From Schizosaccharomyces osmophilus (taxonomy: Eukaryota), in NCBI RefSeq assembly GCF_027921745.1, contig NC_079238.1, positions 4,774,001-4,838,000 on the forward strand: a DNA stretch of 64,000 nucleotides, read 5' to 3'. The position numbers and the translations under genes are program-made. Of the stretch, positions 48,881-60,559 are shown one piece after another. The notes beneath the pieces were generated by a model, which made no database searches, was not told the origin of the DNA, and saw only the letters and a list, made by a program, of their open reading frames with translations. How positions within the stretch are numbered: the first letter of the stretch is position 1; every line of letters starts with the position of its first letter.

Positions 48881-49440
48881 TATTTTATGGAAATGAGGAA
48901 AGCACGTTTTAGTGATATTATAAACGTACATATTTTTTTTTGGAAACCACGATAGGAAATGTTGAATGGTGTGCATCTTTGGTTTTTCTTAAGTTTCTAT
49001 CGTTGCAAAATTATTGGGTTTTTGGCTTATTATTGGTTAGACATTTGAATAAAATGGATTCTTTCTAACTACGACTTTTTCAATGGGAGAATTGTCGCGT
49101 AAACGAGAAGATACTCAAGGTAGTTTTATCATCGTTCACGTTAAGAAAAGAGTCAAACTCAGGGTGTAGCGAAGTAACCATTGATATCTTCGCAGGTGTT
49201 TTATTCCTTCTCTTAAGCTTTATCGTCTCCTTTTCTTCTTCGCTCAATATTTGTTTTTGTTTACTACTGCGGATATGTTGCACAGCGGTATGCAAATTAA
49301 AATTGGCTTTCAAACGCTTTAGTCAATGTAACGTACTATACTATATAACCAAAGTAGGTCTATAACATATAAACACTAATGTACACTAAATGCTTTAACG
49401 CATTGCGAAGTACCTTTGCAAACCATGCTATTTCTACTCT

Positions 49441-49460
49441 CGAAGATTCTTGAGTCTTCG
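49441..49460 (+). promoter_or_regulatory. Heat-shock element upstream of aha1
   Basis: cGAAgaTTCttGAGtcTTCg: four alternating nGAAn units with one mismatch, followed by TATAAA at about 49483, in front of an Hsp90 co-chaperone gene. Confidence 0.7.
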
Positions 49461-49597
49461 ATCCTCTCACTATGGCCGGCAGTATAAAGCCTGCAGCAAG
49501 CAACAGAACAACAGCAAAACGAAAAAGCTGGGACGCGTTTGTTTACTACATACTTTGGAGCGAATTTTTCGTGTTTTGAATTTGTTTACGTTGGAAA

Positions 49598-50950
49598 ATG
49601 TCTGCAACATCTGTAAACCCTAACAATTGGTAAGTTTGGTGAGTGAGGTTCAATTCAACCAGAAAATATCAGTTTTTGCTTGTAAATGCTACTCAAACGA
49701 GAAGCAATGGAGGAGGGAAGTATGAATCATGCATCTGAGTCATTTCCTTTGCTTTTTCGCGTGTTTTTAAGCATCAATGTCCTGTTTAACGGACTTCTCG
49801 TGAGGAGCTTTACTGGGTTCCTTGAATTTTAAGTCATTGACTGGAAAGGATCCTTGGAATGCCATAAGACACTTGCTGTAATCATATATATTTTCTTTGG
49901 TTGTTTCTCTTTGATCCTTTGTTCGGTTTGGAAAACTATTCGCTAACAATTGTTTGAAATAGGCACTGGACTAGCAAGGATTGTCGGATCTGGACTAGGG
50001 AGTACCTTGACAATGAGCTTACCAAGGTCTCGGTGGATGAAGGCGACAAGAAGGCCGCCATTACGCGAGTTATAAGTTGTGAAGGTGATGTGGATGTTGC
50101 TATGCGGAAACGTAAGGTCATCACCATCTATGATTTGAAGATTCAAATGGAATTCAAGGGCGAAGTCGAAGGTACAGAAGCCTCCGGTTCCATTACTTGT
50201 CCTGAGGTTTCCTATGATTTGGGTCCTTCCGATTACGTTTTTGAAACGGACGTGTATGAAGCCACCAAAGAAAAGGAACCAGTGAAACAATTTGTTCGCG
50301 AGAAGTTACTACCCAAGGTTCGTGAATTTTTGAGTAACCTTTCCCGAGTTTTGCTGGAAAATCATGGCAACGACGTTTACTTGTCATCCGAAGAACACAA
50401 TGGAAATGCTGCTCGGGGACTTCCTAGTCACAGTAGCCTTACTGCTCAGCAAAAAATCGGTAAAACCTCTATCAACACACCTAGCAAGGTTGCTACTTCC
50501 CTCCCTGCCAGTTCTGGTTCGGACGGTACTCATGCTTCTGCAGTCGTCAACACTTCGGACATCTCTGAAAACTTTAGCTTTGATGCTCCTGCTGACGAGC
50601 TTTACGTCACCTTGTTGGATCCTGCACGTGTCGCTGCTTGGTCTCGTGCTCCTCCTCAGCTTGATGTTCGTCCTCAGGGTCCCTTTTCCCTCTTTCATGG
50701 CAACGTCGTCGGACGTTTCCTTGTCCTGGAAGAAAATAAACGCATTGTACAGACCTGGCGTTTAGCTGCCTGGCCCACTGGCCACTATGCTGAAATCAGC
50801 TTCAGTTTTGACCAAGCTGATACTTACACCACATTGCGCATGGTCATGAAGGGAGTGCCCATTGGTGAAGAAGAGATGGTTCAAAACAATATTATGAATT
50901 ACTACATCCGTCCTATTAAAACTATCTTTGGTTTCGGCGCTGTCCTATAA
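49598..50950 (+). CDS. aha1: Hsp90 ATPase activator Aha1; exons 49598-49629, 49963-50950
   Basis: MSATSVNPNNW|HWTSKDC (NxNNWHW motif split by intron 49630-49962), RKRKVITIYD, and a C-terminal START-like domain. Confidence 0.95.
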
Positions 50951-51482
50951 AATGTTTTGGATCGAAGTTATCTCTGCGTTGAAAAAAATTTATGTCAAAA
51001 AAAAGGTGATGGCTTAAGTTATTTCTCATATATGTCCTTTTCATATAGATTTTCAGTGATCAATCCTTTGTCAAATGGAGACGGGTTAGCTCAAAGAAGA
51101 GTTTTACAGCCATCTGTAATCCTTGTTGATAATTTCAAACTAATACTTTGAAAGGATTCAATCCCATTTGTCGTTTATGGAATGATAGATCTACGTTTTA
51201 CGTTAACAATAATTACTCCCAGTAAGATTTTTAATGAGAAACAAGTTTTTTAATTACATATTGTCATTATTACTGAAGTATATCTTTGATATAGACTTTT
51301 TTTGCTATAAACGAAGAAATAGCATACCAAAAAGGTCGCTGACCTTAGTATAATGAATCAGTTTTTTCAATAACACTGCGTTTAGATGCTACACGTATAA
51401 AATAGCATAAAACCTTCAAAAAATGCCATTCAATCACTATGACAATTGTAGCACAGTTAAAGCCAACTTGTACTTACACATT

Positions 51483-52351
51483 TTAAGAAGATAGTAAATG
51501 TTCACGTTCACGGGCAGCTCTGTCGTAATCACTTGTGATCTCATTTTGATCCTGATCCAATTCAGACTGCTGGGATTCCAAAGCATTTAGCTCTGTAGAT
51601 CGACTGACTGGGCGAGGAGTTGGAGTATGGTGTTCCTTTATTCTCCTATACTTGTGTACTAACAAAATAAAGGTGCCAATAGTGATAATACCACTTAAAA
51701 CAATCCCGATGACATTTGCTGTAGTGGAAGTATTGGCTGCCAAACATACTCCGGCATACACAGGAACAAGGTACTTGAAGCAAGAAAACCAAAATGCAAT
51801 CGACCAGCCGACATAAGATACGTGGGGAATAGTACTGAAAAAGACTGTCGTAAAATGAGTTGGTAAAAAACTAAGACGAATTAGCCAAATAAGAGGATAG
51901 CTTCCTTCTTCAAGAATTTTGACAAATGTGCCGTAATGCTCTTGATGTCGACTTCGAAATTCTTGAGCTTTCTCTTCTAAAAAGTAGCGATATCCTAGAA
52001 ATGCAATGGACTCTCCAAGAAAGATGCCCCAGACAACGGTCCAAAAACCGACGTTAAGACCCCATACAGCTCCTACGACAATAGATATGGGATCTTGACC
52101 GGCTAATGGGGGTACTGAAGATGCAGCGATCAAGCCTAGCGGAATCAAAAATGAGAATTGATGACGAGAAAGCCTTTTAGCAATTGGTAAAACTGCATGC
52201 AATATTTCTTCGTGGTAAACAGATAATAATAAAAGGGAAGTTATAAGGAGGATTGAGAGAGAAATTAGCCCGATCTAAAGGTTAAAATGTTGATTTACGT
52301 TGAATTCTGGTTGTAACTTACAACTTTAGGCACTGTTCTAGATTGAGCCAT
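51483..52351 (-). CDS. TVP38/TMEM64 (SNARE-associated, DedA/VTT) membrane protein; exons 52351-52322, 52274-51483
   Basis: SVPPLAGQD, GESIAFLGYRYF, LIRLSFLPTHF motifs; intron 52321-52275 (GTAAGT..TTAAC..TAG). Confidence 0.8.
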
Positions 52352-52858
52352 TTTTGATGTTACAGATTTTCATTAGAATGACTTGAAATGCTTATATCAG
52401 TCTTCTTTAGGCCTGTTCACATTGTAGTCCGTGGATAGGTAATTTTTGGGATCGCTGATGGTTGATATGTGAAGACTCCAAAGCAAAAGTAAACACCAAG
52501 CAGTTTCGAAATTTGACTTTAATAGATATTACCAACTTTCTTTACATTAACTATGCTACTTACGGACGTCTGGAGGAAGATATGGAGCTGAATGATACGC
52601 CTGGAAGTTACAATAATCTATATTTAAAGGAAATATAGCAAGCCGCATAAAGATGTCCCTACCGGTTTTATTCTCTCTACAAATATAATCCCCGTATGCT
52701 TTATGCGGTTGCGTTCCGTTAGCGTATATAATTACCGTAAAAGCAGTGGTAGATTGAAAGCTAAAGAAACCGTTGTCATTAATTTTATTCTTCATCGACA
52801 AAAATTAAGTTAAGTTCAAAAATTGCTTAAGAAAGCGGACATATCAAGCATAAGTTTA

Positions 52859-54746
52859 TTAAAGGCTGCTGTAGAGTACAGCCAATAAAGTCTGGTAGCT
52901 TTCTCTTGTGTTTAAATTCTTCTCGTTTTCTTCAGTTGGAGACATCGCATATTTCGCAAAGGCTTCCATATCATCCTGCATTAGATTAGTAAAAGGACTT
53001 TTAAAGTAAAATTCCACATACCTCTTTTAAAATGGATAACTGGGCTAATAACAAAATGATGGGAAAGTTAGAAAGGCTGCCATCTTTTACGGCATCATGA
53101 TCAAAAAGCTTTGCCAACTGTCTCAAACGACCAGTCTCATCAGCTGTTTCTATAACTGTCGGCAATGCTGTATTATGCTTGGCAAACATGGGAGTAGGTT
53201 CTTCTGGGAATCCATCTGTTAAGGTTACGAGCAAAAAGCTAACAGGAAAAGCAGGCTTTGCATTTTTAGAGACCTGTTTTTTGTATTCATCGACGTATCG
53301 ATAAAGGACATCCGGCACATAGCGAGATTTGTCTTCTCGTTTCACTAGCATGCGATCTGGATCAATACTAGGCTGAATTAAATCGGCCTTGAATAGGGAA
53401 GTAGCTACATTGGATACCTGGTAAGACGTAACTTCAATTTCACCGTTGAAATTCCCACTAATGACAGAAGTGACAAATTTGGATCCAAAAAATCCGGTCT
53501 GAGACCATTTGCTTGGATTAGGAAATTTGGATTGGAAATGTGCAGAGTTGCAAACTTCAAGAGAAGATAAAAAGTAAGAGTCTGCGTGACGCTTGCAAAG
53601 GACTTTTCCAGTAGCACTACCATCATCAGTCAAGTCAGTATAAATAATACCAACTCGACGAAGTCCGCATGCAGCCGCTACACGATCCACCAAAGCTTCT
53701 TCTGGCCATTCTTCTAGAGTAACACCGTCCGCTTCAGATATTTGGGGAGGCTCATAAATTGTCTCAATGACAGCTTTCGTACCTAAGGGCACAGTTGTGT
53801 AAGGTTCATAATGCCCGTAGGTATATCCTATTCTCTGGAAGCCAGTTCTTCGCCAAGCGTTCAAGAAAGAATCGACAATAGAAGGAGAAGCAAACTCAAC
53901 GTGATCAACGATTCGGAAAGGTTGCAAGTTCATCATGATTGTAGAGGGTTGACACTTGGAGCAGATACCCAAAGGCCAAGGAGGATGACCAGAAGGACAT
54001 TTTTCTTTAACTTTGAAGTAAGGCTCTTCCAGGGGAGGAATGAAGGACTGGGAACTGGCATATTTATTTACATTAGAATTTACCTTTCTCAAATAAGCGT
54101 GAAATGACATGTGTTTAATTTTGTTTTCTCGTTGATAATTTTCGTCATACGGTTCTAAAGGAGAGCAATAATCGCACATGCCTTTCGGTCCATGTCGACA
54201 AAACGCTGAGGTAGATCGAGGAATAAGACCATCTTGCAATTCAAAAGCATCATCTATATTGTCTTGAACAACATGAGCCGAGGCAACATTACTGGAGTTT
54301 GTAGCAGACAGAGCGTTGTCTTTTGAGACTTCAACTTCAGCAACACCTTCTTTACCAGGAGGAACAGGAGTTGATGCTGGTAATTCTCTAGGAGACCCAA
54401 GTCGCAAAAAAACCATGTTTCCATGCACTAGGCCTGCTGCCTGCAGGGTTTTCTCGTCGACTTGAGAGCAAGGTGTACCCATGTCTGACTCATCTTTGCA
54501 AAGTGAAACGTTTTCAGCAGTGTATTGATTTTTTAAAACATTAAACAAAACCTATAAACCACGTTAGAATCATCCAACTTCAAATCCACAGCAATGCTTC
54601 CCCATATTACGTACGTAGTCCTTTAACGTTTGCAAGGTGTCTGTAGGTTGGAATTCCGCACGGGACATTCCCATCCTACTTCGAAAACGTATAATCTGCA
54701 TTCTGTTAGTTTATTTCGATAGAAACGCCTGCATCCTCCATACCAT
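52859..54746 (-). CDS. npl4: Cdc48 cofactor Npl4; exons 54746-54744, 54695-54615, 54551-53022, 52975-52859
   Basis: M|IIRFRS ubiquitin-like start, zf-NPL4 (CRHGPKGMCDYC, HMSFHAY, HPPWP.GICSKCQPS), IYEPPQ, FGSKFVT. Three phase-0 GT-AG introns. Confidence 0.94.
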
Positions 54747-56328
54747 TTTTCCTGTACGATACGTGAAAAAGACAAGTAAACAATTCGTTATAGAACAGCT
54801 CTATATGGTAGTTATATAGTGAACTCGGAACTGTCGTTAAGTGAGCATAACGTGTTGAGGGATTCTATCACAACAATAAATCGTTTGTTTACATTTCAAA
54901 AAAGAAGTTTTGAAGATAGAATTCAAAAGTAATGTATAAATCAACAAAAAAAAAATATTATAAAGATGAAAACCCGTTGAAGTTCGGTGTTGTAGTCTGG
55001 CTGTCAATAAGTGAATCGTCTTAGACTTGTTACATGATAATGATACTTGGTGACTTGACTTTCACTAGATTTATATTGTGGGTTTTTGGAGTGATATCTA
55101 AGTATAAAAATAGTGAACTGACTTATATAATTTAATTTTGCTTGGTTTATTTGGATGTCAGAGGATGGGAGGGTTCCTTTCCTTTATTTCCATTGTTTAT
55201 ACAGGGATTGCTTCTCTGAGGAGTTTGTAGACATCAAAGCTTTTAGAGAGAATGGCTCCAAGTCTCTTTCTTATGGTTACACTACTCTCCTTTTGTACAG
55301 GATAGAGTTGATGATGTATGGATTTCACTTTGAAATGTGATACGAGTAACAACTCCTCGTTAGTAAGATATTTAATTGAAAAATCAATTATGCAAAAAGA
55401 TGTGAATTTCCTTTTCTTCGCTAAGATCAGAAAGAGGGAAGAGCTGATTAAGTAAATTATTATTGAAAGCATAATTCGAAGCTTAAAATTGGGATCGTTT
55501 TAGGTCCTAATCGCACTCCATAAAATTTAGAAAGGATAAACAAAAGAAAAGAATCTCACCACGAGCGGCGGGTTTCTATAATTCTCCTTCTACTAAAAGT
55601 AATAGTTTCAAATCAATTATTGAAGCTGCTTCAAGGAATACTCGTTTATGGCACCAATGAGTATCCCACTCATTTGTGCTCTCAACTTTTAAGCACAAGA
55701 ATTGTCTTGCTTGAATCACCAAAATGAATAGATATTCGTGTGTATTTTAAGAGAGTATTATTGCAATTCCTTATGTCATGTTGAATGTGAAGGAATTCAC
55801 ATTGATAGCCTTGACAAGAATATCGAGTCAACTTTTGCTTTCTTTTTTGTAATTGAAAAGCTGCTTTTGTCCATTGTATCCATAAACTATTTTAAAATAA
55901 GTATTGAAAGACTACAAATTTCCCATTTATATTGCAAATATTGCATTCCCGCTAAGACTTGTTTCCATACGATAGCCAAGCGATCATTCGTTTTCAACAC
56001 GAAAAGTAATTTAATTGAAAAAAATTTTATCAAGCTGCTTACTATATTTGGTTTTAATTTATAAATTTGCATGGAGGATTGGATTCGATGAAAGGATCAA
56101 TCCTTAGGTCACTTGATCAATTGAACTTATACTTTCCTACAGTGCCAACATAAGAATCCAAATTAAGCAATTAAAAAGTATACCATATTGAAAGGTATTT
56201 TTATATAATCTTTTAGTTTTTGAAACGATTGAAAGGATTGTTTCGCTCGAAAAACTAAAATAGCTCGAGTGCTTCAACAGAAAGATTACGGTTTGCAATC
56301 ACCACCAATTGCTCTTGGTATGTAAGCA

Positions 56329-57495
56329 ATGCTCAAATGCACAATTGAAAATGATCAAATTCAAACTTTACGGAATGGAGAAACATTTGTGTCGTACCAA
56401 GTCCGCACTCACAGCGACTTGTCAGTATTTGAAGAGAAAGAATTCTTCGTCCGGCGAAGATACAGTGATTTTGAGATGCTCCATAACATTTTGAGCAGAG
56501 ATTACAGTGGATATGCAATCCCTCCGGTCCCAAGGAAGCATACAGTCACCTCGTTTTCAGGTGGATCTCTTTCACCGATATTCGTGGCCCGGCGAATGCA
56601 TTCTTTGCAAACATTCCTAAACCGATGCATTGCTCACCCTGTGATTAGCAATTCTATGCACATGTATCAATTCCTTGAAAATGAATCCTGGAAATTTTAC
56701 TACCACAATGCCTGGATGCAAGCGGAAAACGCAAACATCAAACCTCCACAAGGAATAAAAAGTGAGAGGAACATTGAAAAGTCTTCTATTCTCACTGATC
56801 CTTATCCCATTGTTGTTCAAGAAAATGCGAAACGGATATTACAAAATTGTGAGACAGATCTACAAAAACTGGCCAAGGCTTGTAGTCAGCACATGAGCAG
56901 TTTACAGACTTTTCCATCTGATGTAACAATTTCCAAACCTTTGCATGCTTTTTATGCAGATGAAATTTCCTCGATCTTTAGAACCTTGAAGAAAACTAAT
57001 GCTCACCTGCTGAATGCGTTTCAAGCGAATATACTGACTTCAATCCAGGATTTGGAAGATTATCTACTCATTTTTAAATCTTTAGTGAAACAACGAGAGC
57101 AAAAACAAAAAACGTTTGAAACAATTCAGCTTGAATGCTCTCAAATTTCCGCCATAGAAGCTTCCATTGCCAATGAGCAGCCAACCCCCAGTGTTAGTAA
57201 CAACTTGCAAAACTCCCGAAAAAGGACAACATTATCCTCCCAAAATAAATCTACCAGCTTGTTCACTGTCCCCAGGTTTCTTCGGAAAAAGAGGTCAACA
57301 TCTACGGAACTGGCAAATCCCATAGAGGCTCTCAAATTATGTTACCAAGATCTTCAACAATTTGATGAAAAACTAGATGGTGAAATGCAATTTCTTCGTG
57401 AAAGACTGGACGTCGAAACTCGACGGACATTACAACTTATTTGCGACAACCATGTAAACCACTTTACTGACATTCTTGAAAGTTTAAATACTTAG
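56329..57495 (+). CDS. atg2402: PX-BAR sorting nexin (Atg24/Snx4 paralog)
   Basis: PX motifs FVSYQV, VRRRYSDFEMLH, IPPVPRK, RRMHSLQTFL, then helical BAR-like region. Paralog assignment rests on synteny. Confidence 0.82.
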   Translation: MLKCTIENDQIQTLRNGETFVSYQVRTHSDLSVFEEKEFFVRRRYSDFEMLHNILSRDYSGYAIPPVPRKHTVTSFSGGSLSPIFVARRMHSLQTFLNRCIAHPVISNSMHMYQFLENESWKFYYHNAWMQAENANIKPPQGIKSERNIEKSSILTDPYPIVVQENAKRILQNCETDLQKLAKACSQHMSSLQTFPSDVTISKPLHAFYADEISSIFRTLKKTNAHLLNAFQANILTSIQDLEDYLLIFKSLVKQREQKQKTFETIQLECSQISAIEASIANEQPTPSVSNNLQNSRKRTTLSSQNKSTSLFTVPRFLRKKRSTSTELANPIEALKLCYQDLQQFDEKLDGEMQFLRERLDVETRRTLQLICDNHVNHFTDILESLNT

Positions 57496-58269
57496 AGAGT
57501 ACTTACAATGGAGTAAATGGTTCCTTTTTGACCGAATCCTTATGAGAAATTATCATTTTGCTTTCGTGCCATTCTCGTGCATTGTATACAATATATAATT
57601 CAATTGCTCTACTCTCTGTCTTCATCTAATCACTTCTTTTTGCAAGTCAGCTTTACCCTCTTGCTCTTCTTTGAGTGGAAATGAAGAGCAATCCTTTGTT
57701 TCATACTAATAAATGTTTAATGTTTTGACTATGAATTTGACTGACTGGTTTTCTCTCACTTTGTTCTTCTTGATGTCTTTTACAACTAATGATAATGCAT
57801 AGATGTCTAAATTTGTTGTTTTAGAACTATAAATGCTTATGACGATGAATGAATATTTTATTAAGTTCAACGCTTCTAACTAGTGTGCACCGTGATCGTC
57901 TACATCTGACTGAAACACTCCATTGTAAAACAGCTCGCCTTTTTATTTATTATTTATAAACAACCATTAAAGACATATTTCCTTTTGTTTACATTTGTCC
58001 TCTATCTCAAGACAGGAAGTCACGATTGACGTACTCTTACAGAAATCGTATCTCATAAACACAGGAAAGTCTTTCAAAGAAAACGAACAACGAGATTTGA
58101 CCCTCATTATTATTCTCGTATTGTCATATAGGTTAACTCCAGTATTGATATTGAATTTGAAGCCTGTGTATAATTCCGGGCTTGGCTCAAGAATTGTTTA
58201 GAAGTAGGTTGTGAAGCTGGTCGATTATTATCAAATTCATTTCCAATTTTTATCCAAAGGTCACTTTTA

Positions 58270-60303
58270 ATGCTCTTTGAAAGAAGGCTTTGCTGTTTGC
58301 TGTTGATGGCAATCGTTTCTCTTACGACAGCCTCGTTGGATGCCAAACGGATGCTGGAAGCTCCCAGGCGATCATCTGTCACCAGTAACTTTCGAGGAGA
58401 TTTAGGTGTGTTTTCGGAATCGAATTATTCTTTCGCGGATCACAGTTTCTCCTCTGGCATCTACCTGATCAACAGTTCAGCCAAAAATCATCAAGAACTT
58501 TTAGTACCCGGAAAGGAAGCGAAGGTTCCGCAATGGGTCACAGACCGTTCTTTTCTTTATGTCAAGGATACCAGCCCTTCAAGATCGAGTATTTTTGTGT
58601 ATGACATTGATAGTCGTTCAGAATTTGGTCTATATGATCATAGTGCCCCTATTTCAGAATTATTGATCGTGAAGGAATCTAGCCGTTACCGAGTAATTTT
58701 TACTTCTACTGACACTTCCGGAAGAGATGAGCCTTCCGACCAATCTAGTGTTCATGTCTATGATAGCCTGTTTGTCAGACATTGGGACCACTGGAAAACT
58801 GGTGAGAGAAACAGTCTCTATTCTATCATTCTTGAACAAGATTCCGAAAACGTTCATACACTTCATTCAACTACGCCTACAGCTACTGATCTCTTAGAAA
58901 ATACTGGGCTCGAATGTCCCATAGAGCCATTTGGGGATTCTACAGACTTTGATGCTACATTTAATGACTTAGTATTCGTTGCTAAAGATCCGAATTCTAA
59001 CCCAGCAACTCAAACAAGGACAGTTGTGTATTTGTTAAACATGACTACTCTGAAGCTGAAAGTCCTTAGCACTGCTATGGGTGCTTGTAGCTCTCCTATA
59101 ATTTCGGAAGATGATTCCAAGATTGGCTGGTTGGAAATGAGAACACCACAATATGAAAGTGATCAAAATCAGATCATAGTATACTATCCCAAAACTGGAT
59201 ACAAACAACATGTTGTTCGAAACTGGGACCGGTCCCCTGCTTCTATTCAATGGGGTACTTTACCTAGTGGTGAAAAAGGTTTGTATGCCATGGCTGATGA
59301 CGAAGGAAGAAGAACTTTGTTTTTTATATCCACCAAGAAGGATCAAGTCATTCCTTTAACCAAAGGCGAAAGTGTTTTATCGGTTTCCAACTCCGAGGGA
59401 TCAAAGTTATGGCTCAGTAAATCCTCCTTTGTTCGCCCAAAATATTTTGTTCTATATGACCCAGCTAAGAAGGTGGAAGAACTTTTGCTGGATGCGAATC
59501 TTGGTTTAGACCAATCCTCGTATGAGGAGGTATGGTATAACGGAACGAATGGTCGCAAAATTCACGGATGGCTTGTCCGACCACAAAACTTTAATGCGTC
59601 AAAAAAATATCCCCTTGCGATCCTTATTCACGGAGGACCCCAGGGATCATGGACCAACACTTGGTCTACACGTTGGAATCCTGCAGTAGTCGCGAATGCT
59701 GGATTCGTTGTGTTTACCATTGACCCCACTGGATCAACTGGCTATGGTCAAAAATTTACTGATGATATCGCCCTGAACTGGGGAGGACGGCCATATAACG
59801 ACATTGTTCATGGTGTTGACTATGCGACTAATAAAATTCCCTATGTCGATGGAAGTAAAATGGTGGCATTGGGTGCTTCCTACGGTGGCTATATGATTAA
59901 TTGGATTCAAGGTCATCCTTTGGGACGCCGCTTTCGAGCTTTAGTATGCCATGACGGAGTCTTCAACACATTGAACACATTTTACAGCACAGACGAGCTT
60001 TACTTCCCTATTCATGACTTCGGTGGTACCCCTTGGGAGAACAGAGCTGTATATGAACGCTGGAATCCTTCTAATTTTGTCAACTATTGGGCAACCCCCC
60101 AACTTGTCATCCACAGTTCGAAAGATTATCGACTAACAGAAAGTGAGGGCATTTCTGCCTTCAATTCACTCCAATACAAAAACGTTCCTAGCAAACTTCT
60201 TGTTTTTGAGGATGAAAACCATTGGGTCCTTAAGCCAGAGAACTCTTTGCGCTGGCACAATGAAGTCTTGAGTTGGATTACCAAGTTCGTGAGCGATGAT
60301 TGA
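58270..60303 (+). CDS. Secreted S9-family serine peptidase (dipeptidyl-peptidase 5-like)
   Basis: Signal peptide, LFVRHWDHW, IHGGPQG, nucleophile GASYGG, DYR, DENHW. Confidence 0.92.
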   Translation: MLFERRLCCLLLMAIVSLTTASLDAKRMLEAPRRSSVTSNFRGDLGVFSESNYSFADHSFSSGIYLINSSAKNHQELLVPGKEAKVPQWVTDRSFLYVKDTSPSRSSIFVYDIDSRSEFGLYDHSAPISELLIVKESSRYRVIFTSTDTSGRDEPSDQSSVHVYDSLFVRHWDHWKTGERNSLYSIILEQDSENVHTLHSTTPTATDLLENTGLECPIEPFGDSTDFDATFNDLVFVAKDPNSNPATQTRTVVYLLNMTTLKLKVLSTAMGACSSPIISEDDSKIGWLEMRTPQYESDQNQIIVYYPKTGYKQHVVRNWDRSPASIQWGTLPSGEKGLYAMADDEGRRTLFFISTKKDQVIPLTKGESVLSVSNSEGSKLWLSKSSFVRPKYFVLYDPAKKVEELLLDANLGLDQSSYEEVWYNGTNGRKIHGWLVRPQNFNASKKYPLAILIHGGPQGSWTNTWSTRWNPAVVANAGFVVFTIDPTGSTGYGQKFTDDIALNWGGRPYNDIVHGVDYATNKIPYVDGSKMVALGASYGGYMINWIQGHPLGRRFRALVCHDGVFNTLNTFYSTDELYFPIHDFGGTPWENRAVYERWNPSNFVNYWATPQLVIHSSKDYRLTESEGISAFNSLQYKNVPSKLLVFEDENHWVLKPENSLRWHNEVLSWITKFVSDD

Positions 60304-60559
60304 CACAGAATAAATGTATTTTAGCTACAATGTAATATTTAAACTACCTATCCTGTTTAATTTTTTCATCATGATTTTGGAAATACCGCGGATTTCACGA
60401 TAATGCCGTATACTTTAGCATCTATAACAGATCAATCAAATTTCTTTCTTTCGCAGAAACGTAAAACAAAGTAGAATACTAACCAGAATTTTACTTTACT
60501 TTAAAAAAAAATTTTATAATCTAAAGTTTTGATATATTAGAACGAATTTTTTGGCAATA

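Noticed and set aside
49080..49313. 77-aa minus-strand ORF between rrb1 and aha1
   Set aside because: Non-ATG start, no recognisable similarity.
54750..56328. 1.6-kb AT-rich spacer between divergent npl4 and atg2402, with small ORFs and GTAAACA motifs; considered as LTR, wtf or 5S relic
   Set aside because: No terminal repeats, target-site duplication, 5S sequence or recognisable coding similarity; forkhead heptamers are frequent in AT-rich DNA.
6102..57495. Three autophagy genes (atg38, atg2, atg2402) and several ribosome-biogenesis genes in one window
   Set aside because: Dispersed among unrelated genes and across different synteny blocks; no evidence of a functional cluster.
57661..57691. 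9-bp hairpin TTGCTCTTC/GAAGAGCAA downstream of atg2402
   Set aside because: Short, isolated and within chance expectation.
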